A stretch of DNA of 64,000 nucleotides from Podarcis vaucheri (lineage: Eukaryota), in NCBI GenBank assembly GCA_965113315.1, contig OZ220382.1. One strand, 5' to 3'. Positions 36,731 to 49,735 of this stretch are shown here, piece after piece. The translations under genes and the position numbers were made by a program. The notes beneath the pieces were generated by a model, which worked only from the letters and a program-made list of their open reading frames with translations, was not told the DNA's origin and ran no database searches. Each line of letters starts with the position of its first letter. The first letter of the stretch is position 1.

Positions 36731-39700
36731 GTACACCAATAATGAGGAACAAGTGCCTCTCTGGATGTTGCTAGACTACAATTCTCCTCATCCTTGATCA
36801 CTGGCCATGCAGGTTAGGACTGTTGGGCTACATCAGGGACAGGTAACTGCTGGCTCTCCAGATGTTATTGCACTACATCTCCCATTATCCTGGACTATCC
36901 TGGATGCTGGCAGCTGAAGATGGGAGGTGAAGTTCAGAAACATCTGAAGGACACATGGTAGATTTGGGGTAGAAATTTGATTCAGTTTGTATTTAAAAGG
37001 TGGACCTACTAATCCACCTTTTCGAACACGATTTGAGAACTGAACCATGGGCATCCTCTGAAGTCGCATGCCTCTAAATTTTGTGACGCACTTCTTAGGG
37101 GGCAGTGTGTACATTAGTTTAAGTGCATATGCAAATGTGTATATTAGGAGACAATTCACTAAAATGCTGATAAATTTGCACGAGGAGTTTTTCCCCCTAA
37201 GAAAAACTGCAAATTGCAGTAGAAATGTGGAGAATTGAATTTACAATTGGAAAAATGAGAAACTGGGGGGACCAAAAGAGATCTGTCCAACTCTCTTCTG
37301 GATCACATCATTGCTTGACCACAATTCCTACCACCTTTTGCCATTGGGCCATGCTGACTGGGGCTGATGGGAATTGGAGTCCTACCATCCTGGGAGGCAC
37401 CAGATTTCTCATCCCTATCATAGTATGTGACAGGGACAGAGGATGAGTTTGAAAGACCTGCTACATAGGCACAGGGGCAATAGCCTTTCACCATTCCAAA
37501 ATATGAATGGGATACCAATACAATAAAAATGTACATACATACAGTCTACTTCCCTTCATTAAATGTTTCTGCAGCAAGGTGGGAGGGGCACGAGGTGGTT
37601 TAGCAAGCTGCTGTGTGAAGCACCACTCTGCTCCTTTAAATGGGCGTGGTGCCAGGGGCAGGAGGAGCTTGGGACAAGCCGTTGGGGATATCTGAGGGGT
37701 GGATGAAGTGTAAAGGGAGGAGGTTTTGATCAGGTGTGTGGGAAGGGCAAAGGGGTAGGCAGAGTTGGCTAATGGAGTAAGCAGGGGTGGCAGTCCCTGG
37801 TATGCAATACATATGGTGCCTGGTTTCCCCCCTTACAAGAAAACATGTCTGCAATTTTTATTTTTAATTTTTAAATGCAACCTGATTTGGCAGAGCCACC
37901 AAGAGCCAAATGAAATTACTCTGGAGGCCTGAATGTCGTCCATAGGCCATGAGAACTCTAGTCCTGAATGAATTTAGTAGCATTTCCCAAGCAGGTAATG
38001 GGCTAGTCTTGCACAATGGCATGCACATCAGTGTTCACTTGAACAATGGCAGAACAGGTTGTAACACTTCTCTTCCCTTGGCTCCCAAAATCATGTTGTT
38101 AACTTAATTTGAATGCTATAGAAAAGGCAGAAAGACAACCTGTTTTCTGCATGCTATTTGTGCCAAAATCCATCGGTTGCTAAGTTCCAGGGACAAACAG
38201 CTCGACTTCCTATTCATCTGGGGTTAATTAGGATCAGTGCTACTACTACCTTCATCAAATTAATCTACCCAATGAAATTTAGAGAAAGGGTATTCACAAA
38301 TAATAAAGTAATAAAATCTTTGGCTAAGCTGTTGAAACATACCCTTTAATACTAACAAATGTTTGGGGGTGATTTCTCCTGTTGTTAATTCTTTTTAATG
38401 TCTGTTTGCATTTTATAATTGTTATCACAGGCAGAGTGCAGATAGAATATTCTCAATTGCCTAACTATGGTTAGGAAGTTTGCTATGTTGTTATAAGCCC
38501 CTCACGTATTTTCCTTCATGCAAATCCTCCACAGTTCCCAGTATTAAAATGAACAATGGTGCATATTACTTCTGCAACAGCACTAACCAGATCCCCTTGA
38601 AAACACACTTTAAATCCTAGTTTCATCCTGAGGAGAAAACCTGATCACTATGTCTTAGTGTCAGTGGAAATTAAATGCAAAAGATGTAAAGGAAAGGGAC
38701 ATTTATTTGCACAGTAGAAGGGTTAGTGGATGGAAGCCATTCTGATACCGCAGAAATTCACAGGGTCTAATTGCCTGCTTTTTCTTTATGGTGTAACATG
38801 ATTGTAGAAAATATAATGGCCTGGACATTGCACCTGCTCTGTGTTATCAGGACTAAAACTCTTAAGAACTTGTGTCTGAGCTTCTCCCTCCCTCTCATTT
38901 CTCCTTCCCTGTGTGCCATGGATTTTTTAGATTGTGAGCCAGAGGCAGGGACCATCTTACTATTGATATTTAGAAGGTGCTTCCTCGGCCAAAGGACAGG
39001 GTATAAATGCCACAAACAAACAAAGAAGTGAATGTGACAAATGTAAAAGCAAAAGCAAATAAGAGCTGCATTTTTGCTAGACCTTGGCACTGTCATTGAC
39101 AAAACTGATTTCAGAGGTTGACATCATTGGGCACCTTCCAAGATCCACACCTCTGCAAAGGGCCCACTGTCAACTCACAGAGTCTCCAGGCTCTGCTTCT
39201 CCTCTTTGCTGTGCTGCTCACCAACCAAGCTTGCATGCAGAGAGAGGGCAGGTGAAGAGGCAGGGACAGCAAGGAGTGGCAGACTTTGCACTTTTTCACT
39301 GGGCAGTTGTGCAACTTGGGCCCAAAGGCAGTGAGGACACCAATGAAGTGGAGATAAGCTCATGGGTTACCTCATTCCACAGGGCCCTCCAAAACCTAGA
39401 GCTGGCATGGCCGGTCACCAGGAGATTGTCTTCTCCAGAATTTCCTTCCTTACCAAGTAGCCTTTTTCTGACCCAGAGTCTCTACCTTTTAGCTTTGGCA
39501 GCAGGTTGTCTAGAACCTGTGCCTTTCCAAGTGTTGTTGGATTCCAGCTCCCATCAACCCTTGGCCAATGAATGAGCAGGGGCGATGGGAGTTGCAGTCC
39601 AGCAACTTCTGAGAGCCACAGATTCCCTGGCCTTGGGTTAAAGCTGGGCTCAGCAGCTACCCATTTTGTAAAGCTCATCAGCCATGCCTCACTGTTGTTG

Positions 39701-40054
39701 GGCCTTTGTATTTCATTTTGGAGAGGGCCGTACAAAAAGGAAGTGGAAGCTTATGAATCAGCATGCACTTTTTTTGTAGCATGGCTGGCCTATGCCTGAG
39801 GTGAGCAGTTGCCTCAGGGTGGCAGACTCCAGACAGCTGGGAGCAGCTGCAGATCTGACCTCCCTGGAGCGTGCCCTGCACTTGTTGGCCTCCTCCTTCT
39901 ACCACTGGTGGGGGGCACACAAGGGAAGGCACACAGTGGAACTGGCAGTGGTGGGGAGCCAGTAGTTTCGTCTGCAGCAGCAAAATGTCTTGGGCCAGCC
40001 CTGCTTAGCAGAATTGCACAGGTAGTCTCATACCCCAAGGTGACGGGTACTTAC

Positions 40055-40225
40055 TCCCAGTAGGGATCAGGTCCCTGTCCGGAATGAAGAGTTTGTAACC
40101 GTAATGCTTCTCCAGAACATCTGGCAAGATTTCAAGGGCGAATTGTTCCTCTTCACTGTTGTCGCAGTCCAGTGTGTCTGGATCCACTTTTGTGTAAGAG
40201 AGATAGGCATCGTATTCCTTGTTGT
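40055..40225 (-). CDS. IL1RAPL2: IL1RAPL2 exon 10 equivalent, TIR domain N-terminal part (box 1, box 2/BB loop); 171 bp
   Basis: (D)[56 protein letters not shown]. Acceptor ttatttacag|, donor |GTAAGT; phase 1-1. Confidence 0.97.
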
Positions 40226-40710
40226 CTGTAAATAAAACCACAAATCACTTTTAAGAAAGAAAAAGAAAGAAGAAATACCCTTGTACTGGTGAGTTATGTC
40301 CTTGTACCGGTGAGATAATGAAGAATGCCTGGGTCCAGTGCTAGCTAGCAATATAGGCAGCTGCCTCGTGCCAAGTCAGATCACCTAGCTCAGCATTCCC
40401 CACACTGCCAGCAGCTCTTCTGGGTTTCAGACAGGGGTCTCTCCCAGCCCTCCCTGGAGATGCTGCTGGAGAATGAACCTGGAACTGTTCACATATTATG
40501 TACTGTCAGTTTGTATTAAATATATTAAATATTGCTAAGTTGTCAATGAATGTCAAGCATCAACATGTGTTTTTTCTCCACCCCTGTACTTCTACATCCA
40601 ACATTCGTAGCAAGTTTCAAAGGACTGGGAACTTGGTAAATGAAGCCAGCAGACCTAAGCAATTTCATTGCCTGTATTAACACACAATTACATTGTACAT
40701 GCAATGTGTA

Positions 40711-41076
40711 GGGACACGGGTGGCGCTGTGGGTAAAACCTCAGCGCCTAGGGCTTGCCGATTGCATGGTCAGCGGTTCGAATCCCCGCGGCGGGGTGAGC
40801 TCCCACCATTCGGTCCCAGCTCCTGCCCACCTAGCAGTTCGAAAGCACATCAAAGTGCAAGTAGATAAATAGGTACTGCTTTATAGCGGGAAGGTAAACG
40901 GCGTTTCCGTGCGTGGCGCTGGTGCCGGCTCGCCAGAGCAGCTTTGTCACGCTGGCCATGTGACCCGGAAGTGTCTTCGGACAGCGCTGGCTCCTGGCCT
41001 CTTAAGTGAGATGAGCACGCAACCCCAGAGTTGGTCATGACTGGCCCGTATGGGCAGGGGTACCTTTACCTTTACT
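40711..41076 (+). mobile_element. Sauria SINE, full length, distinct subfamily
   Basis: Same head with diagnostic body differences; flanking duplication TTACATTGTAC(A/G)TGCAAT (40688-40705 / 41077-41094). Confidence 0.93.
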
Positions 41077-41307
41077 TTACATTGTACGTGCAATTGGCTT
41101 AATGTATATATTGAATGCATTTATTTACTGGAGCTTTTAATGCAGAGGCACAAATCTTTATATCACTTCTAAGGTCTGCTGGGGGCAAAGACATGGCTGA
41201 GACAGGTAGTTCTGATAAGTGTTTGTGAGAAGCTACCATTATTAACAGAAAATGAAAAATCGAACAGTTAATGCAGTGAAGATAAAAGTACAGAATGCTC
41301 AGAATGC

Positions 41308-42386
41308 GGCCTAGGACCCACATACCTATGGGACTGCCTCTCCTGGTATGCCCCGTGGAGGACCTTATGGTCCACAAAATAGAAGGTCCCAAGTCGCAAA
41401 GTGGTTAGATTGGTCTCAGCTAGGGCCAGGGTCTTTTCAGTACTGGCCCCGACTTGGTGGAACACTCTGACCCAAGAGACCAGGGCCCTGTGGGACTTGA
41501 CATCTTTCTGCAGGGCCTGCAAGACAGAGCTGTTCCACCTGACCTTTGGTTTGGACTCATTCTGACCCTTATGTTTTCCCTCCCCTTATGGTTTTGATCT
41601 ATGGGCTACTTTTAAAATGAGGCTGCATTTTAAATTGCATTTTAACCTGTATTTTAAATTGGGTTTTCCCCCCTATTATGATTTTACTGTAATTTTCATA
41701 GAATCATAGAATCATAGAATCATAGAGTTGGAAGAGACCACAAGGGCCATCGAGTCCAACCCTCTGCCAAGCAGGAAACACCATCAGAGCACTCCTGACA
41801 TATGGTTGTCAAGCCTCTGCTTAAAGACCTCCAAAGTAGGAGACTCCACCACACTCCTTGGCAGCAAATTCCACTGTCGAACAGCTCTTACTGTCAGGAA
41901 GTTCTTCCTAATGTTTAGGTGGAATCTTCTTTCTTGTAGTTTGGATCCATTGCTCCGTGTCCGCTTCTCTGGAGCAGCAGAAAACAACATTTCTCCCTCC
42001 TCTATGTGACATCCTTTTATATATTTGAACATGGCTATCATATCACCCCTTAACCTCCTCTTCTCCAGGCTAAACATGCCCAGCTCCCTTAGCCGTTCCT
42101 CATAAGGCATCGTTTCCAGGCCTTTGACCATTTTGGTTGCCCTCTTCTGGACCCGTTCCAGTTTGTCAGTGTCCTTCTTGAATTGTGGTGCCCAGAACTG
42201 GACACAGTACTCCAGGTGTGGTCTGACCAGAGCAGAATACAGTGGCACTATTACTTCCCTTGATCTAGATGCTATACTCCTATTGATGCAGCCCAGAATT
42301 GCATTGGCTTTTTTAGCTGGTGTTAGCTACCCTGAGCCTGGTTCTGGCCAGGGAGGGTGGGGTATAAATAAAATTTATTATTATTA

Positions 42387-42434
<48 letters not shown>
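41308..42434 (+). mobile_element. L2-type LINE 3' fragment split by the CR1 insertion; (TTA)n tail at 42376-42434
   Basis: 41308-41696 resembles 9088-9480; 42320-42434 resumes with the 3' end TGTTAGCTACCCTGAGCC...GGGTATAAATAAA(TTA)n. Confidence 0.8.
41697..42319 (-). mobile_element. Young 5'-truncated CR1 LINE (ORF2 C-terminus intact, ATTCTATG tail) inserted in an L2 copy
   Basis: Uninterrupted [44 protein letters not shown]...[13 protein letters not shown]; (CATAGAAT)n on the plus strand at 41697-41725. Confidence 0.95.
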
Positions 42435-42437
<3 letters not shown>

Positions 42438-42949
42438 AATCATCAACAACAGCAACTGGGGATGGAGGATAAGAAATCATTAGCAGCAAATCTAAAAGAA
42501 TACTTTGTATTAAAAAAGGGAGGCTAAATAGCCACTCCTATGTGTTCCCCAAAGTATGGTAATTACCCAAATTTTCATCAGGTGGATCTGGCTGAGACTT
42601 GTGAGGAGAATCAGGGAAAGTGCAGGCATTTCTTTTCTCAGCTAGAGAATTGATTCCCCTGCTCTTCCTATTGAAGAAAACAAGGTGTTCCAGTGAGCTG
42701 TTACTGGTTCTAGCAGGGTTGGCATATTTCAATATGAGAGCAAGGCTAGATGATGGATGGGCCGAGGTTGGATCCTGGCATGGTTCGCTTAGCAAAAGGA
42801 AATCAGCTTTTAAACCCCCAAGGAGCATGAAAGTCTTTCGCTTTCCTGGTAAACAATGGAGTGTGACGCAGCAACTGGATGATGGAAACTCTGGTTTATA
42901 GAAAGAATATCCCACCCTGTCGTGCAATTAGATGCATGGTACCAATAGT

Positions 42950-43246
42950 GGGTGGCGCTGTGGTGTAAAGCACAGAGCCTAGGGCTTGCCGATCAAAAGG
43001 TTGGTGGTTCAAATCTAGCAGTTCGAAAGCACGTCAAAGTGCAAGTAGATAAATAGGTACCGCTCCGGCGGGAAGGTAAACGGCGTTTCCGTGCGCTGCT
43101 CTGGTTCGCCAGAAGCGGCTTAGTCATGCTGGCCACATGACCCGGAAGCTGTACACCGGCTCCCTCGGCCAATAAAGCGAGATGAGCGCTGCAACCCCAG
43201 AGTCGGCCACGACTGGACCTAATGGTCAGGGGTCCCTTTACCTTTT
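42950..43246 (+). mobile_element. Sauria SINE with an internal deletion after the B box
   Basis: GGTTCAAATC joined directly to TAGCAGTTCG; TSD TACCA(A/G)TAGT. Confidence 0.92.
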
Positions 43247-43339
43247 TACCAGTAGTAGGTTGTGCCCCTTGGGACTAGTAGAGCAGAAGGAAGGGAGCCA
43301 AAGTCAAGGGTACACAGTGCCAACTAATTCTAGTTTTGT

Positions 43340-43467
43340 CATAGAGTTGTAAGGGGGCCTCTAGTCCAGCTCCCCTGCAATACAGGAATATGCAGCTGTC
43401 CCTTATGGGGATAAAATCCATGACCTTGGTGTTATCAGCACCACACTCTAACCAACTGAGCTATCCC
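43340..43467 (-). mobile_element. Short SINE with a tRNA-Ile-like head and CR1-like tail (Squam2-like)
   Basis: Minus strand GGATAGCTCAGTTGGTTAGAGTGTGGTGCTGATAACACCAAGGTC...ACAACTCTATG. Confidence 0.65.
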
Positions 43468-44390
43468 TTGCCCCCATCCTCCTCCCTGCTGAGTTCTACA
43501 AGGGCAACACAGAGACTAAGGAAGAGGCAGATGACAGGCTGGGCCACTCAGTTTCCAATCCTCTTCCCTTTTGCCTGTCCAGCCAACCTCAAACCAACGT
43601 CAAACCCATCACCTTTCCCCTCCCATCCACTTACTTAGTTGCTGCTGCTGCTGCCCCTGCTTAGTGTGTGGCTGCTGCTGTGCAGCATGTCAGACACCAA
43701 TTTTCCCGAAGGAGTTCGAGACAACGGAGTTTCCCCCAAGGATTACTGGCCGCATCCAAAGAAACACCTGTTCCCACTGATTTCCTGACCTGAACCTCCT
43801 GTTTCAATTGCTGTGTGCTGTTTTAATGAGCTTGTTTCACTGCACATCTTAATTGCAGAATATTTTGATGGAACTATTCTGTTGTGCATTTAAATTATTC
43901 TTGTTTATATTCTATCTAAGTGATATACCTAAGGGACCTATCTAAACAATATACCTTGAGGGACATCTTTCATCCCAACCCTATCACTGCCGGTATTCAG
44001 GGAAGTTACTGTTAGTGCCCCCCAATGGCTCTGATGCACACCTCATATCTACCAAGAGCTGTGTGCTCAGTATTGTGGGTCCAGTCTTGTGGAACTCCCT
44101 GCCAGTTGATGTCCCCTGCCCCTGCTGAAGTTCCAACACCTATTGAATGCATTTTTTAAAAAAATTATTCCAGCAGGCATTTTAATTTAAGTTTGATGTC
44201 ATAATTTTAACTGATTTTCATTTTTTGTATTGTACCTTTGCAATAGAGACCACTGCAGTTAAGTGGTACATAAGTAGTTTAACTAAATAAATTGTGATTA
44301 TTATTTGATTGCTAATACCGTGACTTTCACAACTCCTGTTAATGTCAACGGTGCATCTGCAGACAAACTTCCCAGCGGATTGTGCCTGCC

Positions 44391-44391
<1 letters not shown>

Positions 44392-44424
<33 letters not shown>
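44392..44424. repeat. (GTT)n microsatellite
   Basis: Direct reading. Confidence 0.95.
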
Positions 44425-44555
44425 AATCAATCTCCCCCAAAGCCCCTAGTACATTTCACACCTATTCTCCATTCCAAAGGAGACAGTAGCTATTCAGCAT
44501 TCTGGATGCTCAACAGAAAACAACATTTGTCATAGTTTTTTGGAAGTGCACTTAC

Positions 44556-44699
44556 CATCCATTGCTTCGTCACCTCCAAACATCTGTCGGTAACATAGCA
44601 TCAGTTCTATGTTGTAGCATTTGTAGATCGTTATAAGTAAAACCAGCACGAGAAGGATGGCTCCCAAACCTCCGGCAAGTTCGATTTTTGATATCAGAT
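44556..44699 (-). CDS. IL1RAPL2: IL1RAPL2 transmembrane exon (exon 9 equivalent); 144 bp; correct frame not in the ORF track
   Basis: Manual translation (D)[47 protein letters not shown]. Acceptor ctttattctag|, donor |GTAAGT; phase 1-1. Confidence 0.96.
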
Positions 44700-44854
44700 C
44701 TAGAATAAAGCAGGGAAAAGATGGATGGGCTGGAAAATGGAAGGTTGTTTCTGCTGTTGTTGTTTAGCTTTCTATCATGCCCTTCCTCCAGGCAGCCTAG
44801 GGCAGCATTCATGGTCTTTGTTTATTTGATTTATAACCCACCAAATCCCTAAAG

Positions 44855-45110
44855 CAGGGGTCAGCAACCTTTTCCAGCTGTGGGCCGGTCCACCATCCCT
44901 CAGACCATGTGGTGGGCTGGACTATATATTTTTTTTTGGGGGGGGGATGAACGAATTCCTGTGCCCCACAAATAACCCAGAGATGCACTTTAAATAAAAG
45001 CACATATTCTACTCATGTAAAAACACCCTGATTCCCGGACTGTCCGTGGGCCGGATTGAGAAGGTGATTGGGCCACATCCGGCCCCCGGGCCTTAGGTTG
45101 CCTACCCCTG
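44855..45110. mobile_element. Non-autonomous hAT element (Charlie/Buster-like), 156 bp from the acceptor of the TM exon
   Basis: TIRs CAGGGGTCAGCAACCT / AGGTTGCCTACCCCTG; perfect 8-bp TSD CCCTAAAG. Confidence 0.92.
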
Positions 45111-46126
45111 CCCTAAAGCTTCTGGGAGGGTGAGGGATCCCTAGCACAATGGAATACAATTCAGCTGAAATCCCCCACTCCTTTCCTAACTTAACCATAG
45201 TCTCCAAAGGTCAGTCCAGACAAGGAAGTGTTGCAATGCTTATGAAAGGTGCTCAGGCTTAGACATGAGTGAGTCTACAGGAGAAAGGAGTTCCATAACT
45301 GAGGGAAGCCACCAAGAATACCTGTCTTTGTGCCTTTATGGTCTGCATCTGACACAAGGATTATATCATGAAGTGGGGGCTCCTGGTGGATCTTAGAAAT
45401 CACAACTGGACACATCAGAAAATGTGGTCTTTAAGCTAAGCCAGGTTTAGGCTATTAAGCTTTAAATAAATTTAAGCCATTGCAAGTACACATTTCTTGA
45501 GTAATCTGAAGTCAATTCTTCACATCATAGCACATGTACATCGTGACCCGAGGAAAATGCAAGTTTTAAGTAGAGCTGTATCTATTTTTCACCCATGCAT
45601 ATTTCTGAGGCAAAAGCGGTGCTCTTGTTGGAAACCCCAAACCCCACCAATCTCTACCTTCTGCTTTTTGAGCTGCTGTTTTTTCTCACACCCATTTGCA
45701 GTGATAGTCCTGCTCAATGGCTGCCGCCTCAGCACCATTCTTTGTAACTTCAACCTTAGTCAATCAGGGATCAACTGGTGAATGTGACGACATCATGGAA
45801 CCAATGATGATTTGGACATGTGGTGACAACAGTGAGGGCAAATGAAGTTGCATTGCCCTTGCCTCTCTAGGATCAGCCTTGTTGCATCAGAATGTGATTT
45901 TCAAGCATAAATCCCATTGAGAGCAATAGGATGCATTCTGAATGTACATTCCTTAGTATATATGCAGATGGCCACAACAACAACAACAACAACAACCCCA
46001 TTTCCACTTTTGGTTACACATTCCTGTGCATATCCTGGTTGACAGCCTCTACTTTTTGTGGCGGTTTTATTGCTGCACAGTGTCAGCTCATTATGCTGAG
46101 CCAATAGGGATGTGTGAATAAGTATA

Positions 46127-46356
46127 CAGTCATACCTCGGGTTACAGATGCTTCAGGTTGCATTTTTTTCAGGTTACAGACTCACCATAACCTGGAAGTA
46201 CCACAACAGGTTACTTCCGGGTTTCGGTGGTCACGCATGCGCAGGAGCACCGAATCACAACCCACACATGCGCAGACTCGGTGCTGCGGGTTGCGAACGC
46301 TGCAGGTTGCAAACGTGCCTCCTGCACGGATCACGTTCGCAACCCGAGCGTCCATG
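46127..46356. mobile_element. Related Tigger-like MITE with a different interior
   Basis: TA-CAGTCATACCTCGGGTT...AACCCGAGCGTCCATG-TA. Confidence 0.75.
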
Positions 46357-46697
46357 TATTCTCATTCCATTTTGTTTCACACATGTCCCGGTCACTGATC
46401 CATTCCACCCCTATTTCAACATTCTACAGCTGTTTAACACCCCATCCCACTTGGTTTCCAGACCCATCATCATCTTGGTTACCCTCAGGGGTGGACCTTG
46501 GTAATATGCTGTCCTGTGCAAGTCCATTTGATGCCTTCCCACCAGCCCTTGCAGGGCTGGCCTTATTCCAGGATTTGAGGAGGTGCAAGGCTCTGGCAGG
46601 ATCCTAGAGCCTTCCTATCTCCTTCCCAAAGGTGGGAAATCGCTTTCCTGGCCTTGGGAAATGGGCAGGAGGACTCTGTCAGAGCCCTCACACCTCC

Positions 46698-46905
46698 TCC
46701 CCAAAACTGGACACCGTATTCCAGGTCTGGTCTACCAAGGCAGAATAAAGTGGTACTGTTACTTCCTTGCTCTGGTCACTATGCTTCTGTTGATGCAGCC
46801 TAGAATAGCATTAGGATTTTTTGCTGCTGCATCACACTGTTGACTCAGGTTCAGCTTGTGGTCTGCTAAGAAATCCTATTTTCACATGTACTGCTGGCAA
46901 GCCAG
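46698..46905 (-). mobile_element. Older CR1 internal fragment
   Basis: Similar to 42190-42320 (AACTGGACAC..TGTTGATGCAGCCTAGAAT). Confidence 0.75.
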
Positions 46906-48852
46906 GTGTTGTGTATTTGTGCATCCGGTTATTTGTGCATCTGGTTATTCATGAAAATGTCCATGACACTGCCCTCCAGAGGAATGAAGCACAAACATTA
47001 TGCTGGTCGAAATTTGTTGTGCAACAGATGGCACGATTTGCTTTGCTGCAAAGTTACCAGCAACCTGCTTATTATGCATTGTCTTGCGCAACAGCATCCT
47101 GCTGGGTCAAAACATTTTGCCAGTAGAGAAAGTATCCCACCCAATGACTTTTAAATTAGCACTACAAACCAGATGCACCCCAATGCACACCAAAAAATAA
47201 CAATAATGCAAAAGCAGACGAGACATTTCATTATAGTACACAATACTACTAAAACCAGTGCCTAAAGACAGTACCCAGCGTGGGATGACTATTCCAAAAG
47301 GCAGATGACATCTTCAAACTAGCCCCTAAAAGAAACCATAAAAAGTAGATTTTTAAGGCCAGTCCACCTCTAGTTTCCAACACCAATTGTCAAACATCAA
47401 CATGATTCACTATGACCATATCTGAATGGCACTGAGAAGCACTTCTTAACGGACTGAGATGCCGTTTCAAATATAGCACAGGCACCCAATGCTCTTAACC
47501 TTGCTTTTCAGTTCACCCAGCCATTAAAAATCACGAGGAGCCTGTCTAATACTATGAGAGATACTTCCAAGAAGATGTATTAATTTACACCCTCTGTCAG
47601 TGCAGATATTTATTGCTATGATAAATAAGCATTGGAAAAGGCATAAAACTCTGGCGATGTAACGAATGAAAAGAGGCAACATGAAGCTTTCCAAAAGCAC
47701 AGACGATGCAATCGGTTATACACCATCAACGTCGCCTTAAAAGTTTACCCAGAAAGTTCAGGAGTCAACTTTCCCCCTTGCAACTTATCCTGCTTCTGTA
47801 GTTTAAGTCTGAAAGTATTTGTTTATATCACAGTATCAGAGAACAGCAGAACAAAGAGATAGAAAGGCTTCCTCAAGGTAATTGTTTCTGGAGCCCAGCC
47901 ATGGATCTAGCCCACTGGCTATATTTCCCCCCTAAAGCTTTCTGATGTGACTGGGCAATTTCAAATTAAAGAAAGGACAACATGCAATGTGTTATTAATC
48001 CATGGAACCTGCTGCCACAAGATGCAGTGTTGGACATTAGCTTAAATGGCATTAAAAGGGAATTAGAACTTGGCTGGTAGGTTTATCAGAAGGGCTATAA
48101 GGAACCTGGCAGCTTCATATATATTAGGGGCAGCCAACATGGTGTTCTCAAAATGTCATTGAATTAAAACTTGAAGCATTTCTGACTATTGGTATGATAT
48201 CAGAGTTAAAGTCCAACAACATCTGTATGTTGGCCAGCCCAATATATTTCATTCATTCATTCATTTAAAGTATCTACAGCTTGCTCTTCAGCCAAAGGGA
48301 TCCCAGAGCAGCGCATTTGCCAATAAAAGCAACACAGACAGGCTTATAAAGCATGATATAAAAGGAAAAAGAGAATGGAGAAGGAAGAGAAAAGCAAGCA
48401 AACAAATAGTGGACTCATTCTCCTGCCAAAATGGCAATATCAAGCAGACTTGAGGGATTCCTCAGGGGAGAAAGGGAATAGAATATTCTGGAACAGGGCA
48501 ATTTCTAGAGTTCCTTGGGGAGAGGGATAGACTATTAAACCACTCTGGAAATCGTAGGTGTGTGTGGGTACTAGGGGTTTCTGAACTCTGAGTACTCTTG
48601 ACAAACAATTCCCAGTATTCCCTGAGGGAAGCCATGGCTGTTTAAAGTGGTATGATACTGCTTGAAATGTACAGTTAATATGGGCCCTGTGACAGTGGTA
48701 GATGTGGAGCAGAGCTTGTAGTTTAAAGACCACAGGGACACATGGGTGAATTGTGTGTACTGAACCTCCATTTAGCCATGTCTAGACACTAGACATCTTT
48801 CCTGTCAGCTGGGATCATGTCTGCTATTGAAACTGGGATAAGAGAAATAGTG

Positions 48853-49180
48853 CAGACCCTCCAAGTATTTTCCTGGGATGTCCCTGATTTAGGGAAGCTG
48901 TCCTTTTTTCTGATTTGATCCCAGAATGTCCCACTTTTCCTCAGGATGTTCCTATTTTCACTGGAGAAAGGCTGGAGGGTACGGAGTTATCTGACCTCTG
49001 AGCCATCTGAAGGCAATCCTGTATAGGGATGGTTTTTATGTTTAATTATGTTTTTATATATGTTGCAAGTTGCCCAGAGTGACAGGGGCAAGCCAGCAAG
49101 ATGTGTGGGGTATAAATAGTAAAATTACCATTATAGAATGGGATGTCCCTATTTTCATTGGAGAAATGTTGAAGGGTATG
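48853..49180. mobile_element. MITE with CA(G/T)ACCCT ends and repeated ATGTCCC subterminal motifs
   Basis: CAGACCCTCCAA...TTGAAGGGTATG; TSD unclear. Confidence 0.6.
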
Positions 49181-49236
49181 AAAGTGCAGGCAGTGGGAAA
49201 GTCCAGCAGTTCCAACCCATGACCTGCTTTGATCCT

Positions 49237-49735
49237 TGTGATGAGCCAAAGGTGAACTGTTCCAGAAGTTCTGCAATCACCATCTTGGTAGTCCAGATAA
49301 CCCCACAATTAATTAGCAGTTGTTGTAACAATGAGCTCATATATGCTCACTTGCTTTGATATAGGCTAATTGGCTTGCTTTGATGTTACCCTTATCTGTG
49401 GGGTGCTGGGCTCTGAGCAAAGAAAGCAAATCTGTAAGATTTGGCCATTTGCCACCTATGCTCTCATCTGGTCAGGTGAAGTGATGGGAAGTCCAGGTCA
49501 AAGTGACATATGCTGCTTTGTGTATAAAGAATGTTTGGGCATGGATAAGCCATCTCTGTGATGTCCATCCCATAAAGGCTTGGATACCTGGCAGGCTGAT
49601 ATGCTGCAAATCTACACCTTTCTTTAATTAAGCACTAGAACTGATCTCTCTGGTGTTTCTCACACCTTTCTTTGGCATCCCTGCACCCAACCACCCCCAC
49701 AAGCCCTCCTTTGAGCCCTGCGGTTTGGAACTACA
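49237..49735 (+). mobile_element. Solo-LTR-like element, copy 2
   Basis: Same TG start and colinear similarity to 36193-36730 with sharp shared boundaries. Confidence 0.7.

Noticed and set aside
43420-43467. tRNA genes here, at 28968 and at the Sauria heads
   Set aside because: Degenerate T arm or acceptor stem, followed by SINE bodies and tails; these are SINE heads.
36193-49735. A single 13.5-kb provirus between the two LTR-like repeats
   Set aside because: The interval contains host exons in normal order and no gag/pol.
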